DNA of 64,000 bases. Origin: Eledone cirrhosa (taxonomy: Eukaryota). Shown in pieces: positions 1 to 12,109 of this stretch. The notes beneath the pieces are model-generated. The model ran no database searches. It saw only the letters and a list, made by a program, of their open reading frames with translations, and was not told the origin of the DNA. Each line of letters opens with the position of its first letter. Position 1 is the stretch's first letter. The stretch is from the NCBI GenBank assembly GCA_964016885.1, contig OZ024740.1, positions 53,444,001 through 53,508,000 on the forward strand, written 5' to 3'. The position numbers were made by a program, and so were the translations under genes.

Positions 1-1208
1 ATATGGTAGTCATGCTTTTCTCAAGTACGTTAATAACATAAATGGGGATAGTTGGCTGGAATGAAGAACTAAAACCAATTCGTGATGTTAGCTTTCCGGA
101 AGCTTAGAAATGCTCTCCATCGCTTTCTCCAAGTTCTTATATAATCTATCGGTTTTGTTGTGACTAAGCACGAAATACGATATCTTTGTGAAAATTTGAA
201 GTGACATTATTTCTATTCTCAAGAGTGAAGAGAAATGGCTCTAAAGAAAGCTAGAAATATCGCTGTCATTTCGGAACAAAGATCTTATCTTTTATTACGT
301 AGTTTTCCCCGTTTTTCCTTCTAAAAAGTTGGTGTGTAATATAGTGTATATTTTATTAAGAATAGAGTACATTAAAATAATCTTCTGATAAAGGATAAAA
401 GAACTGAATGAAATTTGAAAAAAAAGTTTGCAGTCGCGATCGATCATTTTGAATCTGTTGTCTGCATATGTACCCTCCAACTCTATATTAACAATGCATA
501 TTTTAACATTCTATTTTTGAAACAATAGTTTTACGTACATTTCTCAGTAATTTATTTCAACTACATTTCTTCTTTGTCATATTAGATTCCTGGTTTCTGC
601 ATAATTCGTAGGTGGAAGCAACTGTCATAACAAATGCTGATCTTTAGCATTCGCAGTTTCTAAAAAGAAAAAAATTTATTTCAGTCTATTGTTTGCTTAA
701 TTAGTAATTAAATCAAATAATTATGAAAGAAAATCGTCCATTTTTTGGGGTTTTCCATTTTAAATAGCATGTAGAAAGGCAATGTTTCCATTAATGTTTA
801 TATATATGTTGGTCTTACAAACTTAGATGATAAAAAATAATCACGATTGGCGTATTTTTCTTTCCTATTTCAATGCAAACTTTTATCATGCATAGTAGTA
901 AATAAAGAATTCTGAACTGGTTAATTCTATTGAAAATATATTATGGAAAGTTATTGTAAATCTCACTATTATTTTTACTTTGAATATGACGTTATGATTC
1001 TTTTCTTAATCTTCGTCTTTCTCACATACATCCTTTTAACATTGGTTCATTGTATTGTCTACAGACTGATGTCAGATGTTTGGAATTATTGTATTGATTT
1101 AGTAGTGAAATTATGAATGATTTAGTAGTGAAATTTTGAAGACCTTACGCTATTGTTTTAAAGTAGTGACTATGTCACTTACTTCATTTTTCAATAAACA
1201 AAGGGAGA

Positions 1209-1256
1209 TAAGCTGACAGATCTCTGTTTCATACTGTTGGTATTCCTCAGAGCTTA
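1209..1256 (-). ncRNA. Type I hammerhead ribozyme, canonical core, GUC site
   Basis: Minus strand: taagct-CTGAGGA-atac(caaca)gtat-GAAAC-agagatct-GTC-agctta; stems I, II and III all pair. Confidence 0.85.
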
Positions 1257-1467
1257 GCTGAAGGTCTTCAAAATGCTTTTAATTAAGCATACAGTGTATT
1301 ACTAAATACACTATATATATATTCATATATACATCGCTACTCAGAGCACCAATTCTAATTTTCAATATTTGCTGGACCGGCATCCGCTCTGTATAATCAG
1401 TTCCTGATTATTACTGGAATTCTATAAGAATCCAACATTCATAATTTTCAACAGACAAGGGGAGTGC

Positions 1468-1515
1468 TAATCTCTGAGGAATACCAACAGTATGAAACAG
1501 AGATCTGTAAGCTTA
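1468..1515 (+). ncRNA. Type I hammerhead ribozyme, GUA site
   Basis: taatct-CTGAGGA-ataccaacagtat-GAAAC-agagatct-GTA-agctta; one stem I mismatch. Confidence 0.8.
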
Positions 1516-1872
1516 TCTCCCTTTGTTTGTTGAAAAGAGAAGTAAGTGACATAGTCACTACTTTAAAACAATAGCGTAAGGTCTTCAAAATGCTTTTATT
1601 TAAGCATACAATGTATTACCAAATACACTATATATACATTCATAGATATATATATCGCTATTTCAGAGCACCAATTCTAATTTTCATATATATATATATG
1701 TATATATTAATAATAATAAATTTCAAGACTAAAATCCAAAGAGGGCTCGATAAGGATAAATATATATCAAATATATAAGAACCGTAGAACAAATATTTAT
1801 TAAAATAACAGATTAAAGTTTAAGCAAAGAATCGCTGCTTTCACCCTTAACGGGATCTTCTGAAACTAAGTT

Positions 1873-1923
1873 AGTTTCAGAAGATCCCGTTAAGGGTGAA
1901 AGCAGCGATTCTTTGCTTAAACT
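1873..1923 (+). ncRNA. Hammerhead-like motif with variant CAGAAGA core (inverted copy at 1817-1867)
   Basis: agttt-CAGAAGA-t-ccc(gttaa)ggg-t-GAAA-gca..tgc-TT-aaact; same repeat family recurs at ~17079-17225, 44095-44295 and 57044-57105. Confidence 0.6.
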
Positions 1924-1966
1924 TTAGTCTGTTATTTTAATAAATATATATATGTATATATATATG

Positions 1967-2054
<88 letters not shown>

Positions 2055-2059
2055 CATAC

Positions 2060-2091
<32 letters not shown>

Positions 2092-2487
2092 CATTCGCAT
2101 GTGTATGTACACAGCTACATTCCTCAATCTTTGCATATGCGTGTTGCTATTTCACGTTTCCTACCCCGTGCAATGCCGGGTTCTGTTGCTAGTATATATA
2201 TATATATAATTGGTGTGGGATGCTTAAAGCATATGTGGTAGACCGTTTGAGAACTCGATGGTCTTACAGGGCAGAGTATAATATCACATAAGAAACGGAG
2301 AATCAGTGTTGCGACGAATAAAATTTATTAGACATATTACAATCGTTTCTCTGGCGACCAGCTCGAGGCACGATCGATGCAATGATCGAACCTGACTCTG
2401 AAATCACAAGCTCCTCGTTCCAAATTTGGAAACTCTGCTCCGGAGAAGTGTGTGTGTCTGTGTGTGTATGTGTATAATGTATGTGTA

Positions 2488-2553
<66 letters not shown>

Positions 2554-2572
2554 ATATATATATATATAATAT

Positions 2573-2606
<34 letters not shown>

Positions 2607-2773
2607 AATGAAGTATTTCCGTAGGAAGGTAAAGGAAAAGAGAGTGCTCTATGTAGGCTACAGAGCTTTTTAGTTATGTAATAAACAACATAAGATCATT
2701 AATTCATTTACCAATGGTTTCTTGAAGAGCTTGACACATATGTCTGTCTTCATTCAGCAGAATAAATTTATTA

Positions 2774-2841
2774 AATTTATTCTGATGAGTGAAGACAGAC
2801 ATATGTGTCAAACTCTTCAAGAAACTATTGGTAAATGAATT
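2774..2841 (+). ncRNA. Type I hammerhead ribozyme with extended stem II
   Basis: aatttatt-CTGATGA-gtgaaga...tcttcaa-GAAAC-tattg-GTA-aatgaatt; inverted mutated copy at 2701-2768; related modules at 18185-18420 and 59075-59210. Confidence 0.75.
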
Positions 2842-2865
2842 AATTATGTTATATTGTTTATTACA

Positions 2866-2925
<60 letters not shown>

Positions 2926-2926
<1 letters not shown>

Positions 2927-3955
2927 TAGCAGCAAGACTCGGAGTTGCACGGGTAGCAACACGCATATGCAAAGATTGAGGAACGTAGCTGTGTACCTTT
3001 GAATTCCTTTATTCTCGAGGAATGATTGTTCATCTGCTGGAAACGTAGCATACCAGCAGGCCCGAATCGTGAAACATCTGCATGCATGTGCAAAATCTGA
3101 AGAAAATCAACTGGGTACTCTTTAAGCGTACTAAATCTTAGGGTATGATTCTTCTTCCATTTGGGGAAAATTGGTTAGGTACTTTTCGAGTTTTATAGAT
3201 TCGCACCCAGTCATCCGGACAGACATCATCAGTTATGTCCATGTGCAAAAAAAGGGGTTACCGCGGAATTAGCACAACCGCTGTTCGGCAACTTGCGTAG
3301 GGCGTTCATACTGTGCTGTAGATGCAACAAAAGGCGTCTTAGTAGAAGTAGCACAGACGTGAGTTTTACGGTGTCCATAAGACGCCAACGTTCACAGGGC
3401 CCGGATTTGCGCGTGATGAATAATGAAGCCCCAACAGGGCTCCAACAAAAATTTTAAGGTCCTCCTCATTTCCTCAATCCCCCGAAAATGGTCCCGCGTA
3501 AAAGTAAGTAAGCGTTGTGTTCTCTGTTAAATAAACCAAATTTGTAACGAAATATTATACGCTACATACGATGTTTAAGGAACGTTTATATTGAAAATGA
3601 AAATAGCATGTAATGCCCAATGCTAATTCGTAAATTTCCTAGAAACCATTAATGGAATCGGAAATTATTTTTGTTCACAGTAATGCGAGGGGACTTACTA
3701 ATGTGTGCTGCAAATTTCGAGGAAATCGGCTGGATTATCTTTGATTACCTCAAAAAAGCCTAAAAATGCCTAAAAAATGCGGTTTTTCGCCTAATGCGAA
3801 AAAGATTAATAGGGTAAAAAAGATTAATATTCTTTTAGCCCATTGCACTTCAAGAAATATAAGTAACGCATGTGTAAAGTTTGAAAAAACATCGGTCGGG
3901 TATTTCTTGAGTTTTAGGGATTTACACAGACAGACATCCTCTGTTTTATATATAT
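2926..3955 (-). mobile_element. Non-autonomous Helitron
   Basis: Minus-strand 3' end hairpin (cccgtgcaac..cgag) followed by CTAG|T at 2926; 5' end resembles the other Helitron ends here (acagacagac..ttttatatatata); a 3'-end copy lies on + at ~2090-2192. Confidence 0.6.
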
Positions 3956-3968
3956 AAAGTTGAGTGAA

Positions 3969-4034
<66 letters not shown>

Positions 4035-4066
4035 AGAAAAACCACAGACCCTCCAGCTCAACTCTA

Positions 4067-4102
4067 CTTTTGAAAAGCAGAAGAACTGCGAAACCGGTAA
4101 AG
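4067..4102 (+). ncRNA. Minimal hammerhead with U3:A8 core (TTGAAAA)
   Basis: ctt-TTGAAAA-gcag(aagaa)ctgc-GAAAC-cg-GTA-aag; palindromic stem III accggt; stem I is short. Confidence 0.6.
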
Positions 4103-4235
4103 GAACCAAATAAATATATATATATATATTTTTAAAATAAGACTCTAGTTACATTTTCGATTTCATCTTTTTTTCTTTATACTTTCACTCGTGTAGGACA
4201 CCTCGGTTATTTTTCATTTTGTAAAAATACCTCAC

Positions 4236-4274
<39 letters not shown>

Positions 4275-4950
4275 CAGGAAGCTCCAACCGTTAAGGTTGT
4301 CTTTTTTCCGGGTATGTCAATATTTATTTATAAAACAAATCTGTATTTTATATGATGAAAGTGCACCATAATTTGCCTTGGTTGCTCTTGAAATATAATA
4401 AAATAAATATGGTTTTATAAATATAGTTTCCATTTATTTATCATTTTGTATAGAATATTATATTAATAAAAGGAATTCCAACTTTGTCTGATTTACTCGT
4501 TTTATTTACAATCCTTTAAAATTAAAATGATATTATAATGAAATAGTATGGTAGAATATTAAATGTTAAGTGTTAATTGAACAAGTACTTTCATGCTTTC
4601 GCAATCTTCAGGTTCATATTCTGTGGTGACAGTCAAGTTTGCAATTTTCCACTGTCATATATATATATTTAAAATTCTCTTAGTGTTGTCTGAAATGTCA
4701 TATATATATATATATATGACAGTTGAAAATTGTGTGTGTGTGTGCGTGTGTGCATTTGTGTGCAATTGCTACTAACTTACTGTCGAATATAACCACATTT
4801 TGCGCACTCATCTTCTTTCCTTCTGAAGATATGCTTCCTTGTCACTCGCTTTCAATATAAAGATAAACTACATTAGTGCAAAACCAATATATGTGTTGAC
4901 TGCCACTAAGTTTTATTATTTTCTTCGGCTCTTTAGCATGACTTAAAATA

Positions 4951-5053
4951 CAGGGTGTCCCACAAAAATGTATACATACTTCAACAGCATTCTAAAAAAT
5001 ATTGCCTCCTGTACAGCTAATCAAAATGAGTATAAATGTTTTGTAACACCCTG
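4951..5053. mobile_element. Tc1/mariner-type MITE (~100 bp)
   Basis: TA|cagggtgt...acaccctg|TA terminal inverted repeats; degenerate copies at ~11750-11845 and ~18026-18128. Confidence 0.7.
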
Positions 5054-5070
5054 TATATCTTCATTCACTA

Positions 5071-5142
<72 letters not shown>

Positions 5143-5354
5143 TTAATATAGAAATAGCTTCTACAGGACAAGAACTATTTCATTAAAAAGAAAATCGTCA
5201 GGAAGCTTGATTTCTTTTGAATGAAACAGTTCTAGTCCTGTAGAAACTATTTCTATATTAAACATTGTTTATACTCTACTATTTATTGATGTTAGTATTC
5301 TACTAATATTAGTACCACACTAACTGTGGTTACGCCCGATTGAACTCTGGACTC

Positions 5355-5420
<66 letters not shown>

Positions 5421-5424
<4 letters not shown>

Positions 5425-5562
5425 CGAAGGAAATGTGGTAAGGAACCAGATGGACCATAACGCACCAAAGTACTCAATACTTAGGGTAGTAGAGTGGGTA
5501 ATAGGAACGAGTAAGACCCCGACGGCTGAGCTCAAGCCGTTTCGACGGCTAATTCTTGACTA
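5421..5562 (-). repeat. pLTR-like repeat family carrying the 3' half of an HHR
   Basis: Near-identical copies at 33241-33375, 41001-41215 and 41821-42020, all next to (TA)n; GAAAC-ggcttgagctcagcc-GTC stem III. Confidence 0.65.
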
Positions 5563-5689
5563 AAAAAATATTATTATATATATATAATAATATTATTATA
5601 TATATATAATAGGGGTTGACGGACCCAGCATATTTATCAATGCCAGTACCGGTTGTATCTCAGCGCACTCCATGGGCAATGTAAGATAT

Positions 5690-5787
<98 letters not shown>

Positions 5788-5970
5788 ATATATATATATA
5801 TTTATATTGTTATACTTGGGGGGGGGGGTCATATTTGCGTAATATTGCCAGAATTAATAACAGAACACACTCACTGTTTGGTTGGTTTTCGCTTCTCGCT
5901 GTCTTTTATATATATGTTTCGACACACGATTTCATATAAAAAACCTCGCTAAACTAATATATATTTATAC

Positions 5971-6015
<45 letters not shown>

Positions 6016-6019
<4 letters not shown>

Positions 6020-6855
6020 ATTTTGAAAAGGTAACACACCAGAGAGAGATATATAGTGCGTTATCAATAATACAGGGAAAAAACCACAAGTGTATGGAAT
6101 CTATAACCTATGAAAGGCAGACTATAGACACGATAATTAAAAAATATAAATTATAGCGTAAATAAATACCACTATAACTATATAACACACGTTCAAATCC
6201 AAAGATATGTTTCACCAAAAATTTGTAGAAAGAAATGGTCTAGTTTCGGTTCATCAGCGTGTGTAAGGCCATACATTTCAGACAACACTAAGAGAATTTT
6301 AAAATTGACTGTCCAGCTACACGTGGGAGAGAGAAGTCACAGCGTGTTTAAGGGCAGTGAACCAGTGGCCTCTGAGGGACGAACTGCTAGAAAGGGCAGC
6401 CCAAAGCCACTCAGAGAAGTGTGCTCAACCAAACAGAGATAGGAAAGACTGTTATTAGGAGCGAAATATCACGATAAATTAACGGAGGCATAGGCCCTCG
6501 CTATTCCCTGTAAATAATGTGCTCAAAGGAGAAGAGATACTGAGCTCTTTAAAATACAATATGTTGAAAAGGTAACACACCAGAGAGAGATATATAGTGC
6601 ATTATCAATAATACAGGGAAAAAACCACCAGTGTATGGAATCTATAACCTATGAAAGGCAGACTATAGACACGATAATTAAAAATATAAATTAAAGCGTA
6701 AATAAATAGCTCTATAACTATATAACACACGTACAAATCCAAAGATATGTTTCACCAATAATTTGTTGAAAGAAATGGTCTAGTCTCGGTTCATCAGCGT
6801 GTGTAAGGCTATACATTTCAGACAACACTAAGAGAATTTTAAAATTGACTGTCCA
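6016..6855 (-). mobile_element. Partial tandem (~300-bp direct repeats, ~540-bp period), pLTR-like, one HHR per repeat
   Basis: 6016-6315 is repeated at ~6555-6855. Confidence 0.7.
6725..6804 (-). ncRNA. Type I hammerhead ribozyme, long stem II insert, GUA site
   Basis: Minus: acacacg-CTGATGA-acc...ggt-GAAAC-atatctttggattt-GTA-cgtgtgt; the sister copy 6185-6264 has GAA at the cleavage triplet. Confidence 0.8.
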
Positions 6856-6879
6856 TTTCTTTCAACAAATTTTCACATA

Positions 6880-6929
6880 GTATCACAGATGATGTCCCAG
6901 GTAAGTGTGTGACGAAAGAACTCTGAGAC
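6880..6929 (+). ncRNA. Hammerhead-like motif with CAGATGA core
   Basis: gtatca-CAGATGA-t-gtccca..tgtgac-GAAA-gaac-TC-tgagac. Confidence 0.55.
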
Positions 6930-6960
6930 ACAATATATATATATATATATATTGAGTTAA

Positions 6961-7002
<42 letters not shown>

Positions 7003-9430
7003 GCCTATACACTACCAATGTATTGAGTACCATCTTCAACTGTGGTTACCCCAAAATGGAAGATGTATAATGTTACTCAATTTGATTTGTTGCTAGGTGA
7101 TGCTCAATCACCCTTATATCACAGTTTATTGCTTTAAAGAAAAAAAAAAAATACTTTTGACAATTTAGTTTCTGATATACTCAACGACGGCATTTGAAAC
7201 GTTTTTCATCATGGATTTGTTCAATCAAGTTGAACTGCGCATAAATAGAGCTTCTTATCACATATGAAATTTTGTTCAGAAATACATTAATATTATATCG
7301 CATTTTTACATCCTTCTAAACCTTTTACATCCTTCTAAGGGGTTATCGTGTAAGTTTTATTTACAAAATTTAAATTCACAATCGTTAAGGTAAAATTCCA
7401 TTTCATTTGATGGAAATATTCGTATTAAACACGCCGCTACAGCTTTGCTATATAATAAATCTATTTCATTAAGTTGATGTAGGCCACTATGGTATTTCAG
7501 GAAAAACGTTACCTTTGTAATACCACAGTTATTTCAAGATAAATGCTGTAAATTTTCGCTTTGAACAAAACTATAATCAAAGACATTCCAATCATTATCA
7601 TGGCACTCCTGTATATCCAGCACTACATTATTCAATGTGACCTTCCATTTTGCTTGAAAACAAAGTCTGATTTAAGAGAGCTTTGGTTGTTATTTCTAAC
7701 AGGTCCAGTGACCATATGGAGACTACCTTGTACATTATCTGTGCGCTATATACGAAATATAAGCGGAGAATTAGCTGAGTCGTTCGAATATTGGGTGGAA
7801 AGCATTGCGGTATTTGTTCCAACACTGCGCTCTGAAATCAATTTCCGCCGAGGTCGACTTTGTCTTTAATTTTTTTGAGGTTGATAAAAAAGTACCCGTT
7901 CAGTACAGGTATCGAATCTTCTATACACTGCCTCCCTATCATACACTCTCCTTCTCTGGAAAAACACAGCTACATTCAGTTACTGGAAATAGGAGGAGAG
8001 TAGTTGAAATAAATTCGTTACCTCCTTGGTCTCAAGTTTCGACCGTGTATATTTAATTTCAATTCCGTTTTAATCTTTCCTAAATCCCACTGGTCCCACT
8101 CAGCGCAAGCACATATTTCTGTTTAAGAAACATATTTATCTTTACGGATGAGATAAAAACAACATTATATGATGCTACTTTGATAAAACATGTCAACAAT
8201 GAGTGGAACGGAATGCGGGGAAGGTGCCGGAATGTTAAGTTCGAAGGCATAAGAATCAAGGGAGATAATTCACAAGCATGCGAATATATTATCTAAAGAA
8301 TAAGTTAACTGAAAGGAATGACATAACTCGATTATATTTTGGTAGTTTGAAGGAGGGGCGAAAGGAATAAAGAGATAGCAGCAAACAAATAATTGTACGC
8401 ATAAAATGTTTGAAAATTAAGTCTTTCGGTGTTAGGCACTGCAATTAATCACAATAGCATAAAGTTTATCGTAAAGCATTTTAAAGGGAGACAACTCAGT
8501 ATAAGACAAGGTGATATATCGAATAATGTTATTTGTTTTTATTCTTCATTTTTTTTTTTTACTGTTTTGACTTCATCCAGTCATTGGATAGTGGCCATGC
8601 TAGGGCAGTTTGAATATTTATCCTACTCATACACAAAAGCATTTAAAAGTATACAGTGTCTCCATGTGACAAAAGTATAAGACTATTCCACAAATCATAT
8701 TTCTGAATGCTATCTTAATAACTTGTCAACTGATAGTTTAAAATGCACTGGATAATATACTTTCGGATCCCAAATAATAGAGAGGGCGGGGAAGGTGGAA
8801 TAAGCTTGGAAGAGGGAATCGGTAATTCTATAGTGTGTGATGGTAAATATGGGATTTCTTGTATTGTTCTTTTTATTTTGTCATATATAATGTTTGTTTA
8901 ATATTAAAATAAAATTATTATTAGATTCTCTAGCTGCTGTATTAATATGAATCACTTACAATGAAATTTCGCCGGCGATAAATTAGCAAAATTTAATAAG
9001 CTGCGGGGTGGGGGGATCTGAAATATTAAGCGTTCGGTGACGATTATTCATAACCTGGGATTAAATACATTCCACGAAGTTATATATTTCAGGTCAGTAG
9101 TCAAACCAAATTCACCACAATCTATACTTGTCTCCACCCCCTCCACACACATACACATACACAGACAAATTATGTGCATATATATATATATATATATATA
9201 TCTGTGTGTGTGTGTGTATGTGTGTATGTGTGTTTCTGTGTGTGTGTACGTGTGTGTCTGTGTGTCTGTGTGTGTGCCTGGCTTTGTGTGTGTGTGCATC
9301 TAGGCACGTGAGGGTGACTATGTGTGTGAGTGACTGTGTTTGTGCATGTGTAAGCAGGTGTTGTTTCACACCAAAGGCTTCTAATTTAAAAAAGTTTAGT
9401 TATATCAGTATTATATGCAGTTTAAATATT

Positions 9431-9496
<66 letters not shown>

Positions 9497-9549
9497 GAAA
9501 CACACAGATACATGCGGACACACACATATATACATGAATGCATCCGCAC

Positions 9550-10633
9550 CCAACAGTTGGGTGCGGATGTATTCATGTATATATGTGTGTGTCCGCATGT
9601 ATCTGTGTGTTTCTAAATATATTAATAACTCCCTCTGGTCGAGCAATCTTTGAAGTGTGGGGACAACTGGAAAGCTTCCATTACTCATACTTCTCGCCTT
9701 CTTCACTACCTCTTCTACGGCCTCGATATGAATACCCCCTCCGCCTCCGTGGTATTTTCTTCGTGGTTATAAGAGGCTTAGCTCTGTTTCTCGACCGTTA
9801 TATCGCGTGACTATCTCCCCCTCCGCCTTTTGGGATTCTTTCTCACGTCGTGTAGACGCGTTCTTGAGACTAGTAAAATGAGGTATCCTCTTGATAAGTC
9901 GGCAGACCTCGCAAGGACTCTATATCTTGGATATATTGTTTTTGTTTATGCCACGAAACTACGTAGTCGAGGAATTTAGGAACAGTTTAGGTATGATACA
10001 TTTTATTACTAATTATATCTAAATGTTTCTTCTCTCTTCATAATGTATTTTTAACTCTGATACTGGTTCAGTCTAGTTCAAACTGAATTGGTCTGTCCCA
10101 GTCATTCATTGAGCAACATCGGTGAAGTTGGCACCCTTAACTCACAGTTGGGTGCGGATGCATTCATGTATATATGTGTGTGTCCGCATGTATCTGTGTG
10201 TTTCTAAATATATTAATAACTCCCTCTGGTCGAGCAATCTTTGAAGTGTGGGGACAACTGGAAAGCTTCCATTACTCATACTTCTCGCCTTCTTCACTAC
10301 CTCTTCTACGGCCTCGATATGAATACCCCCTCCGCCTCCGTGGTATTTTCTTCGTGGTTATAAGAGGCTTAGCTCTATTTCTCGACCGTTATATCGCGTG
10401 ACTATCTCCCCCTCCGCCTTTTGGGATTCTTTCTCACGTCGTGTAGACGCGTTCTTGAGACTAGTAAAATGAGGTATCCTCTTGATAAGTCGGCAGACCT
10501 CGCAAGGACTCTATATCTTTGATATATTGTTTTTGTTTATGCCACGAAACTACGTAGTCGAGGAATTTAGGAACAGTTTAGGTATGATACATTTTATTAC
10601 TAATTATATCTAAATGTTTCTTCTCTCTTCATA

Positions 10634-10636
<3 letters not shown>
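9550..10636 (+). mobile_element. pLTR-like partial tandem (591-bp period) with short 5' inversion
   Basis: 9552-10046 repeats at 10144-10636; 9490-9555 is inverted relative to the start of the unit; flanked by (TA)n. Confidence 0.75.
9886..9973 (+). ncRNA. Hammerhead with U3:A8 core (TTGATAA), GUC site; second copy at 10477-10564
   Basis: tcctc-TTGATAA-gtcggca...tgccac-GAAAC-tacgta-GTC-gagga; perfect stem I; palindromic stem III actacgtagt. Confidence 0.75.
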
Positions 10637-10668
<32 letters not shown>

Positions 10669-10755
10669 TCTCTGTCTCTCACTCTCTCTCTCTTTCTCTC
10701 TCTCCCCCTCTCTATCTCTGTCTCCTCCCTCTCTCTCTCTCTCTATATATATATG

Positions 10756-10851
<96 letters not shown>

Positions 10852-10852
<1 letters not shown>

Positions 10853-11745
10853 GAGGTGTGTCAGAAAAGTTCCAGGACTGATGTCACAAAAGATTTATTT
10901 CAAATCCAAACTTCACACTAAGAATTTTCTCCTTCAAAGTAATCCCCTGGAGTCTAATGCCCTTTTCCATCTTTTTCTGCCACGCTTGCATGCACTCCTG
11001 GAACGATTCTTCCGGGATTCTCCGCAGTTCCGTCGTGACGGCCTTTTTAATGTCGTCCACGTCTTCAAAACGGATCGCCTCTGGGTCGTACTCGAAGATC
11101 CATGACTCATCACCGGTGATAACTGTCCCTAGCAAGTCTGGTTCGGTTTCAAGACGCTCGAGGAGGTCCTGGCACACTTGCATGCGTCGACCCTTCTAGT
11201 CATAGTTCAGCAGTTTTGGGACTATCTTCGCGCAGACTTTCCGCATGTCCAAATCTTCAGTGAGAATCTTACAGACGCTGTCCCGATTCATGCCCGGCTC
11301 ATTTGCCATCAGTCGAACAGTCAGCCGACGATCGCTACGCACCATCTGCCTGACGCGCTCAACGTTGACCTCAGTCCTGGTTGTTGAGGGCCTTCCGCTC
11401 CTGGGGTCATCTTCTACGTCCTCGCGTCCTTCTTTAAACTTCTTGCACCATTCAAAACCACATGAGCGTGACATCGTTTCATCTCCATACACTTGCTGCA
11501 GCAATCCCAGTGCTTCTGACGGAGTTTTCAAGTTTGATCGTTGCTCTGTACTCATTGCTTGACGACCTGAAACAGAGAACATGTATATAAAATTATGAAA
11601 AAAAAGTTTGATCGCTGCAGAGAGCTAAGATTACAGTTACGTACACCAGGGGGATTACTTTGATGGAGAAAACTCTTAGCGTGAAATTTGGGTTTGAAAT
11701 AAATCTTTTGTGACATCAGTCCAGGAACTTTTCTGACACACCTCG
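10852..11745 (-). mobile_element. Internally deleted mariner transposon with ~100-bp TIRs
   Basis: TA|cgaggtgtgtcagaaaagttcc ... ggaacttttctgacacacctcg|TA; transposase remnants with HTH (EDDPRSGRPS), CAKIVPKLL, ITGDESW, then a jump to [13 protein letters not shown] (most of the catalytic domain lost); frameshifted. Confidence 0.92.
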
Positions 11746-11847
11746 TATATATAGGATGTCCCAAAAAATATTTACACACTTTGATCAGCCGTACAGGCAA
11801 TATTTATTAGAATGGTATTTACATTTTTTTTTGACGCACTGTATCTA

Positions 11848-11926
<79 letters not shown>

Positions 11927-11927
11927 G

Positions 11928-12075
11928 CCGCATTTCCCGGCGTCGAAGACGCTACTTTTTTTCCTATTTTTTTTTTCAAATTTTTTCAAATTTCTTCCTA
12001 TTTTTTTTCAAATTTTTGGTTGTCAAAATTAGGGTGCGTCCTCGAGGACGAATCGTCTTCGGCGCTGGGAAATAC

Positions 12076-12077
<2 letters not shown>
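11928..12077. mobile_element. Tc1/mariner/pogo-type MITE (~150 bp)
   Basis: ccgcatttcccggcgtcgaagacg ... cgtcttcggcgctgggaaatacgg|TA inverted termini. Confidence 0.7.

Positions 12078-12100
<23 letters not shown>

Positions 12101-12109
<9 letters not shown>

Larger units (their letters stand above)
1135..1685 (+). mobile_element. Penelope pLTR/retrozyme-like module: ~318-bp partial tandem with an inverted 5' copy
   Basis: 1135-1257 is the reverse complement of ~1467-1590; 1261-1360 repeats directly at ~1579-1685; carries two HHRs; homologous to the minus strand of the 310-bp array unit (shared ggtcttcaaaatg, atcgcta..cagagca, ggaccggca.ccgctct, cagttcctg). Confidence 0.75.
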
